IMG/VR virus record: IMGVR_UViG_3300012036_000004
Coordinates: 1-64,000 of that record
Length of the DNA stretch: 64,000 nucleotides
From: a virus
Direction: 5' to 3' (one strand)
A program made the position numbers and the translations under genes. Positions 29,038 to 37,292 of this stretch are shown here, one piece after another (position 1 is the stretch's first letter; each line of letters opens with the position of its first letter). The notes below the pieces were generated by a model that ran no database searches, had not been told where the DNA came from, and saw nothing but the letters and a program-made list of their open reading frames with translations.

Positions 29038-31611
29038 CTAGCTGGGTGCGTCTACGTTTTCGTCGCTTGCGACGATGGCGTTGATGCGAAGAATGGTATC
29101 TCCCATTCCCTCGAATAGCGACTGCAGCTTATCACGGATCTCGTTGTAGGTCCCGTCTCCGATTCTCTCACGAAGGATAGGCGCCTTCATTCGAACCTCG
29201 GTCAGCATGCGACCCAGGGCGTCAAGCGACTCTCGGACAGCAGGCAAAAAGCCCGACACCGTCGAGTCGAAATTGTTTGACTCAGCCAGCGACGCAATCG
29301 CCGCGGCATCAAACATGTCGGGGTCTTCGAGCTCCATGGCGGCTTCCATCATGCCAGGCTCTTCCACGGGCATACCGTCGGGTCCCACCGGCGGTGCGCC
29401 GCCTGGTCCCATTCCGGGCCCCATTCCGGGCCCCATTCCGGGTTCCATACCCTCAGGAGGCATCTCGCCTGGGTACATGCCGCCGCGTTCGGCCATCATC
29501 TGTGACCCGGCCGGGTCCATCGACGCCATGTCAGGTGCAGCGCCGCCCATCATCGCCGGGTTCATGGGCTCGATCGGGGGTGCCATGACTTCCGGCGCAG
29601 GAAGGCCCGTCTGCATCGAGAGTTCGTTGGCGCGGCCCACTACTGCCTGGATCGCTGCCATCTGAGTTTGAATGCTCTGCGCTTGTTGCGCCATCTGCGA
29701 CATGATGAGCTGGTTCTGCTCGGCGAGCTGGTCAGCCACTTCCTGTGCCGCCATCTCGACGACATTCGGGGGCGGAGGCATGGGAGGCATTCCGCCCATC
29801 ATCGCCGGGTCCATCATCGCCGGGTCCATCATCGCCGGGTCCATCATCGCCGGGTCCATCGGAGCTCCACCGGGAGGTGCTCCGCCAGGAGGCGGGCCTG
29901 CAGGCTGCGCAGTCTTGGTACGCTGAAGCACGTAGAACTGAGCAAGACCTTTGTCTCGCGCAGTTTTCACCGCTTCTTCAGCGTCGGGGACTGCGACGTT
30001 GTATTCGAAGACCAGGTGCTTGACCGTGGCCAGCTTGTCTCGTTCTGCTCCGTCTGTGTACAGGAAGCCTGCGCCTGCATCTTGGAGACGGATGATATCG
30101 GCGCCGGCTTCAGCCAGCTTATGGAAGTGGCTGTTCACTACGTCGCCAGCATCGCGAATGATCTCGTCTCCCGAGATCGTTTCTTTCACAGGGAGAAACG
30201 CCCACTGGTCGGGCACCAGAATCAGTGTAGCACTGTCGATACGGTCGCCCCGATCTTTCTTGTCGGCGAACGCGTAGGGGACGTAGTTCGTGTGCGGACT
30301 CCCGCTGGACGTCCTCTCTCCAATGAGGAGACGAGGTACCACGCCTGGTGCACCTTCAATCTGCTGCACCGTGACCTGGTTGCCGCTGTAGACCTGTCCG
30401 GCGGCGTAGTGCGAGCCGTCGGTTGACCAGGTCCGCTCCACTGCCATCGGCTCGAGCGCAATCAAGTTGCCCGGGTCGGGGTTGTAGAAGATACCCTTCT
30501 GATTGTTCTTGGGCTTCTCAGAGGTCGGCTTCGTCACGAGCTTCCACAGCTTCTCCGGAACCTCTTGAGGCCCAACGGGTTCCGCCACGAAGTCGTCCTT
30601 GAGCACGAAGAGCTCTCCGTCTTCCGTAAGCCCAGCGCGACACACATAGGAGCGCTTGCTCCGGTCGTCGTACTCGGTCTTGCCGGTCAGTCCTTTCCCG
30701 TAGCGAAGCGTGTTCTCGGTGAGCACTTTCCCGAAGATGAGCGCAATCTGTGTACGCCCATCGGTTCGGTAGATGCGGTAGTAACCGGTATCCGACGGGA
30801 TGGTGAGCTGCAGAGGCGTCTCCGTCTCGTACATCACCGCCATGTCGAGCTCGGGACGCTCGTCCCAGGCGGCGTAGCCCTGCTCAGCAATGGTTCGGAA
30901 CACATTGGACGAGTCTTCCTTTGCCTTCTCTTTGATCTCTTCGGCCGGAGTCTCCATCGTCATGAAGCTGACCGTCGGGGCCGCTTCTTTGACCTGGGGC
31001 AGGGCGCGAAGTGTTACGGCGTCGCGCAAAGCGTTTACCCCGTAAACATCGAAAGCGAACTTTGCGATGTGAGGGTTGTTCTCCAGGGTTCGAACGAAAG
31101 CCACCTTGACCGGGTTCGAGGCCTCCCACAGATAGGCGGGGAGGTTGGTGTGCTGATTGACGCTGGCGTAGCTGTACCGGCCTGTGGTCGGCGGGACGAC
31201 GATGTTTCGGATGTCGACGTCCGAAGACAGGGTCTCCGGGGCCTTCATGCTTTCGCCCATCTGCTGCTCGCCGACGTGCTCCACTTCAGTGAGCCACTGC
31301 TCGTTGAGTGGGAGCATCTGGTCGAGGCTCTTCACGTACATCGTGTCGAACGGCAGCATCTCGTTGTCGGCGAAGATGGCCGGGACGTGCACCTCTTCTC
31401 CGCCGCGCTCCACGATGAATGCGCCAACCGCGTGATTCGTCGAAGGGTCCGCCTCCTGAACTTTGAAAGACACGACCGAATCTACAATCTCGGGCGCCTT
31501 GGACACGAGCTGGGCGAAAGCGAGCTCTTGAAATGACTGCTCGAAGATCTCCTGCGGGTCGCCCCCGCCGGATTCTTGCATCATCATTTGTGTTCGGGGA
31601 GATACGGACAT
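29038..31611 (-). CDS. Large putative head protein with Pro/Met/Gly-rich region
   Basis: Start MSVSPRT; KxA motifs; DPAMM and GMGP repeats. Confidence 0.65.
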   Translation of the reverse strand: MSVSPRTQMMMQESGGGDPQEIFEQSFQELAFAQLVSKAPEIVDSVVSFKVQEADPSTNHAVGAFIVERGGEEVHVPAIFADNEMLPFDTMYVKSLDQMLPLNEQWLTEVEHVGEQQMGESMKAPETLSSDVDIRNIVVPPTTGRYSYASVNQHTNLPAYLWEASNPVKVAFVRTLENNPHIAKFAFDVYGVNALRDAVTLRALPQVKEAAPTVSFMTMETPAEEIKEKAKEDSSNVFRTIAEQGYAAWDERPELDMAVMYETETPLQLTIPSDTGYYRIYRTDGRTQIALIFGKVLTENTLRYGKGLTGKTEYDDRSKRSYVCRAGLTEDGELFVLKDDFVAEPVGPQEVPEKLWKLVTKPTSEKPKNNQKGIFYNPDPGNLIALEPMAVERTWSTDGSHYAAGQVYSGNQVTVQQIEGAPGVVPRLLIGERTSSGSPHTNYVPYAFADKKDRGDRIDSATLILVPDQWAFLPVKETISGDEIIRDAGDVVNSHFHKLAEAGADIIRLQDAGAGFLYTDGAERDKLATVKHLVFEYNVAVPDAEEAVKTARDKGLAQFYVLQRTKTAQPAGPPPGGAPPGGAPMDPAMMDPAMMDPAMMDPAMMGGMPPMPPPPNVVEMAAQEVADQLAEQNQLIMSQMAQQAQSIQTQMAAIQAVVGRANELSMQTGLPAPEVMAPPIEPMNPAMMGGAAPDMASMDPAGSQMMAERGGMYPGEMPPEGMEPGMGPGMGPGMGPGGAPPVGPDGMPVEEPGMMEAAMELEDPDMFDAAAIASLAESNNFDSTVSGFLPAVRESLDALGRMLTEVRMKAPILRERIGDGTYNEIRDKLQSLFEGMGDTILRINAIVASDENVDAPS
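29797..29860. repeat. 15-nt tandem repeat (CCATCATCGCCGGGT) encoding DPAMM; a 12-nt GMGP repeat lies at about 29404-29445
   Basis: Directly visible. Confidence 0.85.
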
Positions 31612-31618
31612 GGTTATC

Positions 31619-32134
31619 TCACTGCAGGATGCTGGAAAGTACGGCGTTGAGTACCGGAATTGATTGCAGCGCTGCTTCAGTCCCGACGTCACGGCCGACA
31701 TGCTTCAAAGCTTGTCGCGTGTCCGGAGAGTGCTTCAGGGTGTAGGCGCCTGCTCTCGCCTTGTCTCCCATGAGGGGCGCTCCCGAGGCCAACTGCACGA
31801 CGTCGAGTACGTTGATGATATCCTGCCGCTCTTCAGGGTCTTCGATATATGCGGAAGCGCCCAAAAGCATCGGCACCCTCGCAAGAAGCGTGATGTCGTT
31901 GATGCCCTTAGCGATCCGCAAAAGTTCTGCGTGTCGACCTTTCGCGTCGGGTGCGGGGGTAACGGGCGCGGCAACCTGTGCGCGCTGAGCTACAGGAGCT
32001 GGGCTCGCATGCAAAACCTCGGCTCGTTCGCGAGGCATCGCTGCCTGTAACAAGCCGAGATCAGGAGACGCCGAGACCGGAATCCCGCGTGCGGCAGCAA
32101 TCTGCGCCGCGCGGTTGGCATGTTGCCCGATCAT
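31619..32134 (-). CDS. Hypothetical protein
   Basis: GAGGG RBS; fills operon gap. Confidence 0.6.
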   Translation of the reverse strand: MIGQHANRAAQIAAARGIPVSASPDLGLLQAAMPRERAEVLHASPAPVAQRAQVAAPVTPAPDAKGRHAELLRIAKGINDITLLARVPMLLGASAYIEDPEERQDIINVLDVVQLASGAPLMGDKARAGAYTLKHSPDTRQALKHVGRDVGTEAALQSIPVLNAVLSSILQ

Positions 32135-32144
32135 GGCGCCCTCG

Positions 32145-33260
32145 TTATCGCGTCAGTTGATTGAGGCTACCGAGAAGCGAACCCACGGTGCTCTGCGGCG
32201 AGTACTGCTGCGCGACCTTCTGCAGGTACTGCTGCTGTGCGATCGGCTCGAGGCCCATGCACTGCTTGACGGCGGCGACCTTCTCTTCCATCGGCATCGC
32301 GTCCGGAAGCTGCGGGCCGACCAGTGTGGCGACCGCGTTGAAGTGTTGATTCCACTGCGCGTTCTTGGTGGCATCCACCACCGAGTTCGACGCGTCGCCG
32401 CTGTGCGCGGGCTGGTCAGGGTGAGGCGTTTCCATGCCGGTCACCGCGTTCGACGGGGTGCCGTCGAAGTTGGCTCCACCTTGTCCGACCGCTGCGTAGT
32501 CTTCGGGGCGCTGGGCGATGTCGAGCTTGCCTTCGCCGCTGGGCGAAGCGTGCTGCGTGTTCGGAGCGCTCGAAGCGCCGGTGATGGTCGACGACTCCGA
32601 ATCAGCCGGAGCCGAATCCTTCGGTTGGTCGCCCATGGCGAGCTTACGAAGCGCGGCCTGAACCGAGGCCTCTTTGGAGTTCGCCGAACTGTTCTGCGAC
32701 GCTCGGGTAACCGAGTTCGAATCGACGCCACCCGGTGCCTTCGGTGCCAGGGGGTGCTTCATCTCAGCGCCCTGAACTGCGTTGGCCGGAACCAATCCGT
32801 CGATGTTCGTGCCGCCCAGACCTTTGAGGTACGGGTCATTGGTGCCTTCACCACGGTGCTCGTCGAGGACTTTGTTCGCGTCCATCGAGTTCGCCGTGGT
32901 GTTGGGAGGCGAGGACTTTCCGTCAATCACGGACGAGCCCTGGTGCATCGCCTGTTTGACCAGGTGCGTGATCACGTCCCCGTACGCAACCTGCGGGTCG
33001 TGGTCGATGGTCGCGCCTTGTCCGGCCGAAGCGACCTTGCCCTGCTGGGAAAGTGCTTCGTTGAACGCAACGAGATGTTTCGCCACTTTGAACGTCTCCT
33101 CGTAGGGGACTGCATTCGCTGCAGGCTCGATATCGAGTGAGTTCGCCGCGATTGCGCATGCCTGCTTGAGCAGACCTTCGGTCGGGATTTGAGTGGTGCC
33201 CGTTCGCTGGAGGTAATTTCCAACTCCGCGGGCAAATGCAAGTTTCGTTACGCTGGACAT
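32145..33260 (-). CDS. Putative internal head protein with internal duplication
   Basis: AGGAG RBS; about 10 KxA motifs; two related ~100-aa modules. Confidence 0.65.
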   Translation of the reverse strand: MSSVTKLAFARGVGNYLQRTGTTQIPTEGLLKQACAIAANSLDIEPAANAVPYEETFKVAKHLVAFNEALSQQGKVASAGQGATIDHDPQVAYGDVITHLVKQAMHQGSSVIDGKSSPPNTTANSMDANKVLDEHRGEGTNDPYLKGLGGTNIDGLVPANAVQGAEMKHPLAPKAPGGVDSNSVTRASQNSSANSKEASVQAALRKLAMGDQPKDSAPADSESSTITGASSAPNTQHASPSGEGKLDIAQRPEDYAAVGQGGANFDGTPSNAVTGMETPHPDQPAHSGDASNSVVDATKNAQWNQHFNAVATLVGPQLPDAMPMEEKVAAVKQCMGLEPIAQQQYLQKVAQQYSPQSTVGSLLGSLNQLTR

Positions 33261-33328
33261 GAAAGCTCTCCTGGGAACGCGATGATGCGTGAAGTATATG
33301 GACTCGTCTTGAGATAAACAACCACGTT

Positions 33329-36300
33329 TTACCGCTTCCAGAACGGTGACGCAACAGCGCTACCGTTCTGGGAAGATTGCTGCGTCTTCATTCGATGCAG
33401 CTCTCGTGCGGGGTAGTGGCCGGACCGCACAGAGAAGTCTTGTTTCATTTGCGTTGGCAGACCGGGTCGCTGCTGTTGCTGTGCGCGAGCCTGCTCTGCG
33501 GCGAACTGCTGCTGCTGCCACATCTGACGCAATTGAGGAGAGTGCTGCTCCCACTCCGCTCTTGCCGTACCCAATGCGTCTTCTGCAAGGTTAAGTCGGG
33601 CGAGGTACGGATGGCTCTGCATCGAACCCCATACGGCGTCGGCACTCCGATCTCCGTACTGCGCAGCCTGACCCCACGCGTTGGGGTTCGTGCGCATCTG
33701 CTGCGGCGAGGGTCGGGCCGCCATTCGCTGTCCACCGGGAGGCTGACCTTGTGTTGGAGGCTGACCTTGTGTTGGAGGCTGACCTTGTGTTGGAGGCTGA
33801 TAGTTCGGGTCGATTTTCCGTCCGATGGCTTTTCCGGCTGCGGTGAACGGTGCCGCAAATGCGCCGCCGGAAAGCATCCCGAAGGGCGACCCGATGGCCC
33901 ACCCCAGCGAGTCGCCCAACGTGCCGCCGATATTCTCCAGCTTGGACTGCCCTTCGACGTCAGGGGCGTTGGCGGCTTCATGCACCATGGCCGCCGGCAT
34001 CCCGTACGCCATGCCCTTGTTCAATACGTCCATCGAGACGGGCAGGACCATACCACCGTATCCCGCATCCACGTTGGGGTTTCGCGCATTTCGCCAGGCA
34101 CGCATCACGTCCGGGTCGATCGCCATCTCTCCGTGAAGCAACCCGCCCCGCCCGAAGATGCCGCCCATCTGGGCACGCTGCTTCATTATCTTGAGGGGGT
34201 TCTGCCCGATCGACACGTCGCTGGCGCCGCGGGCAATGCGTCGCCCCAACCCTGGTCGCGCCGCCGCGTACTGCTGCGCCACGTCGGGGGTGAACATCTT
34301 TGCAGCCGCCGGATTGACGTTCTCCAAATCCACCTTGGCTCGAGCGAAGTCGGAGAGCGCTTTTCCGTGTGTCTCTTCGAACGCTTTCAAGCGTTCTCCG
34401 AATGCTTGGGCCGATTCATCCGCGCCTCGTCGCGGTACATTCTCCACTGCCTCGCGAGTGAATTGAGACAAGTTCAGGTGTGGATTGCGGCTCGCCTGCT
34501 GCGCCTCCTGGAGCGCGCCGCCGATGTTCTTGAAGGCCTTCTCATTGGAGTCGAGCGTTCGAACGAATCGCGCACCCTCGTCAGTGAGTTGGTTATTCTG
34601 AATCAGGTTCGCCCGAGACATGAAATCGTCGGGGAGTCGTTTCATACGGCGCGCAGCGTCGAGTGCCGCTGTGTCAATTCCGCCAGCCGTCCAGGGCGCA
34701 TCCGAGATCATGCGTAGGGCCTCGTCACCTTTGGAGGCGACCTGCTCCGCGAACTCATCACCCGACCCGACCAAAATGCGTTTCAAAAGACCAGCTTTGC
34801 TCGCGATCTTTTCCACGGCACCGCCGTCCGCAGCGTATTTCCCTTGTAGCCCCGTGCCGAACGGAGCGCCGATCGCGTAGGCAGGAACAGGACTGGTCGA
34901 CGCAATGTCGGTGGTCGAACCAAACCCTGCGCCTTCTACCAAGGTGCGCTTGAGGTAGCGGTGCGACAGACGAGACATCCAGTCGTCGTTGAGCAGCGGC
35001 GCCTGGATCATGGACTTCATGATAGGCGTCGTCACAGTAGGGAGGTTGGATACACTCACCGAGGCAATGCCGTTGTTCTTGAGCTCAGCTTGTACAGACG
35101 GCGTGATGCGTGTGCCTGTCGAGAAGTGCAGCGTCTGCTCTGCCAGGTAGTGACCCTTCGCTTTGCTCACCGGCACGCTCTTGCCGGCCTTTGACATGCG
35201 CTTCTGGACTTCGGTGTACGGAACGATGTCGCCACGCAGGAACTTGTCGGTCGGGTCTTCCTCGACCCGCACGTGCTTCATGGCGTTTCGAGCCAGTAAC
35301 TCCGTATGGCGACGGTCAATGTCCACGCCTTGGCGGCGGTACAGGTCTGTCAGTTGGTTCGACAGGTACACGCGGCCCGCGCCGATTCCCTTGTGTTTTA
35401 CGACGGCGTTCGGAAGTGCGACGCCGTCAGACAGTGCGTCACCCGCTTCGACGATGTCACCCTGTTTGACGATCGGCTGCAATCGCGGCGGAGTGTAGTA
35501 ATTCTTGCCGGCAACACGGATGTGCCACCCGCCCTGCGGCGCTTTCTTCACCGACTCGACGCGGCCGTCGTGTTCTGTGATAGCCGCCTTGTCTTGGAAC
35601 GATTTCGGGACTTCGGTGAGCGTACGAAACCCCGTGAGACCCGTGAGCTCGGTTGCGCCCTGGCCCTTTCCTTTGGCGAGTCGAACGCCGTGCTTGGCGT
35701 TTAGCGCGAACTGCGTCAACGGTTCGGTCATCGCCTGTGCGCTTCGTGCGCCGACATTCGTTCCGACCTGATGCGGTTTGCCCCACTCGTTGAGTCCCAC
35801 ACACTTCTGGCACACTCCATCATGGGCTTCGCATGCCGTGGGGCTTCGAACCAAAACCTTCGGTTTGTTGGCCTTTTTCAGCTTGTTGACGACGTCAGAT
35901 GTAACGAGGGTGTTCCGGGATACGGGACCCTCATCTCGCGCGAGGTAGCGGTCTTGCACCTGGTCTGTCACGGGAAGAAGAATCCCGCCTCTCGTGCCGC
36001 AGTCAGCTTGCGTCACCACCAGGTCGTCCATGTTGTTCATGACGACTTTGGCGACCATACCCGGCTCGACAACAGCGCCCGAGGAAGCGATCGCGTTTCG
36101 ACGTGATTCTACGCCGGTCACCCACGCGTCTGCCGGGTTGACTCCCTGCGAGTACGACTTGGTCACGAGCCACGGTGTCGCCTGGCCCTTGTTCATCGCG
36201 AGGACGGGTGACGCAACAATCTTCATGAGCTGCGCAATGGAGCCTCTGCCGCCTGACTTGGCCATGATGGTCATGTCGGAAGGATGATTCTCCGTGGCGG

Positions 36301-36640
36301 TGACCATCTTGTCCTGCGTCTCGAGCAGGATCTTTCGCTTCTCTTCGTCTGACTTGGCGGCTTTGATGCGACGAAGCGCGTCTTTCATGACAGGGTCGCG
36401 CTGTTTGTAGTCAGGCGCAATGTCATCCAGTCCCACCGAGATCCCTTCCAGGGTCGCAACTTCGTCGCCCAGTGACTTGAGTTTCATCACCGTCTTGACG
36501 TAAGTGTCCGGGTCCGACTTCGCGAGCTCCGTCATCTGCTTCTTGAGGATGCCTTTGGTCACCGGACCGTCCATCCTCATGTCGCCGGGAAGCGTCTCAT
36601 TGAGAAGGAAGTGCCCCAGAGTTTGATTGTCATCAGGCAC
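33329..36640 (-). CDS. RNA polymerase beta' C-terminal subunit fused to a ~490-aa Gly/Ala/Gln-rich domain
   Basis: SGGRGS; bridge-helix region; DCGT; RSPTAC...VCQKC Zn site; trigger loop AQAMTEPLTQ..L..KH; GGAGG RBS before GTG 36640. Confidence 0.9.
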   Translation of the reverse strand: MPDDNQTLGHFLLNETLPGDMRMDGPVTKGILKKQMTELAKSDPDTYVKTVMKLKSLGDEVATLEGISVGLDDIAPDYKQRDPVMKDALRRIKAAKSDEEKRKILLETQDKMVTATENHPSDMTIMAKSGGRGSIAQLMKIVASPVLAMNKGQATPWLVTKSYSQGVNPADAWVTGVESRRNAIASSGAVVEPGMVAKVVMNNMDDLVVTQADCGTRGGILLPVTDQVQDRYLARDEGPVSRNTLVTSDVVNKLKKANKPKVLVRSPTACEAHDGVCQKCVGLNEWGKPHQVGTNVGARSAQAMTEPLTQFALNAKHGVRLAKGKGQGATELTGLTGFRTLTEVPKSFQDKAAITEHDGRVESVKKAPQGGWHIRVAGKNYYTPPRLQPIVKQGDIVEAGDALSDGVALPNAVVKHKGIGAGRVYLSNQLTDLYRRQGVDIDRRHTELLARNAMKHVRVEEDPTDKFLRGDIVPYTEVQKRMSKAGKSVPVSKAKGHYLAEQTLHFSTGTRITPSVQAELKNNGIASVSVSNLPTVTTPIMKSMIQAPLLNDDWMSRLSHRYLKRTLVEGAGFGSTTDIASTSPVPAYAIGAPFGTGLQGKYAADGGAVEKIASKAGLLKRILVGSGDEFAEQVASKGDEALRMISDAPWTAGGIDTAALDAARRMKRLPDDFMSRANLIQNNQLTDEGARFVRTLDSNEKAFKNIGGALQEAQQASRNPHLNLSQFTREAVENVPRRGADESAQAFGERLKAFEETHGKALSDFARAKVDLENVNPAAAKMFTPDVAQQYAAARPGLGRRIARGASDVSIGQNPLKIMKQRAQMGGIFGRGGLLHGEMAIDPDVMRAWRNARNPNVDAGYGGMVLPVSMDVLNKGMAYGMPAAMVHEAANAPDVEGQSKLENIGGTLGDSLGWAIGSPFGMLSGGAFAAPFTAAGKAIGRKIDPNYQPPTQGQPPTQGQPPTQGQPPGGQRMAARPSPQQMRTNPNAWGQAAQYGDRSADAVWGSMQSHPYLARLNLAEDALGTARAEWEQHSPQLRQMWQQQQFAAEQARAQQQQRPGLPTQMKQDFSVRSGHYPARELHRMKTQQSSQNGSAVASPFWKR
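33738..33800. repeat. 18-nt tandem repeat x3 (QPPTQG)
   Basis: GGAGGCTGACCTTGTGTT repeated. Confidence 0.9.
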
Positions 36641-37292
36641 CGTACCCTCCAACGCCAGGGTTTCTCAGTTTCTTCGTTACGTTCACTCCGTCCGACAAAG
36701 ACCACGCGGTTCCGCCGGCCGCCAGTGCTTTGCCGGGCGTGCCCCGCGCCACTTCGGATGCCCGGTGACCAACGTTCGACATCATGCGTCGACCCGGAGA
36801 CATGCCTTCAGTCTTCGCCGCGTGTGTTGCAGCTCGCTCTGCTTTGGCTGTTTGAGACTTCACCGCGCTTGCCTGACGTCGGTTGGAGAAGAAGTTTCGA
36901 CTCTTCTTTCCGAAGTTGCTACTCCCTTTTCCGCCAGCTTTCCCAACCCCTTTGATGGCTTTCCCAACCCCTTTGATGACTTTCCCAACCCCTTTGGCGA
37001 AAAATTTCCCGCCCTGAATCAGCGGACTCAGTAACGCGATTTTCTCCATGTCCTCCGGAGTTGGGTGAAGCAGTGCTTGACGGAGCATTGCGGTCTTGAT
37101 GGAGGGGGCACCCATATCGATGCCCAGACGAGACGCGGCGTCCTGTCCGAACAGGGACGTGGGTTCACCCCACGTGAGCGGTTCGAGCCCATACAGGTTA
37201 TCGCCTTTGAGCTCCCGAATACCTTTGGGCTCGGAAGGCTCTTCCGTGATTCCCTCGAGCAGTTCTTTGACTCCGGTGATCTTCTTTTCCAT
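36633..37292 (-). CDS. Protein between the RNAP genes: acidic N-terminus, cationic amphipathic C-terminus
   Basis: TAATG coupling; IKTA and EKIA motifs; 21-nt repeat encoding KGVGK(V/A)I. Confidence 0.7.
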   Translation of the reverse strand: MEKKITGVKELLEGITEEPSEPKGIRELKGDNLYGLEPLTWGEPTSLFGQDAASRLGIDMGAPSIKTAMLRQALLHPTPEDMEKIALLSPLIQGGKFFAKGVGKVIKGVGKAIKGVGKAGGKGSSNFGKKSRNFFSNRRQASAVKSQTAKAERAATHAAKTEGMSPGRRMMSNVGHRASEVARGTPGKALAAGGTAWSLSDGVNVTKKLRNPGVGGYGA

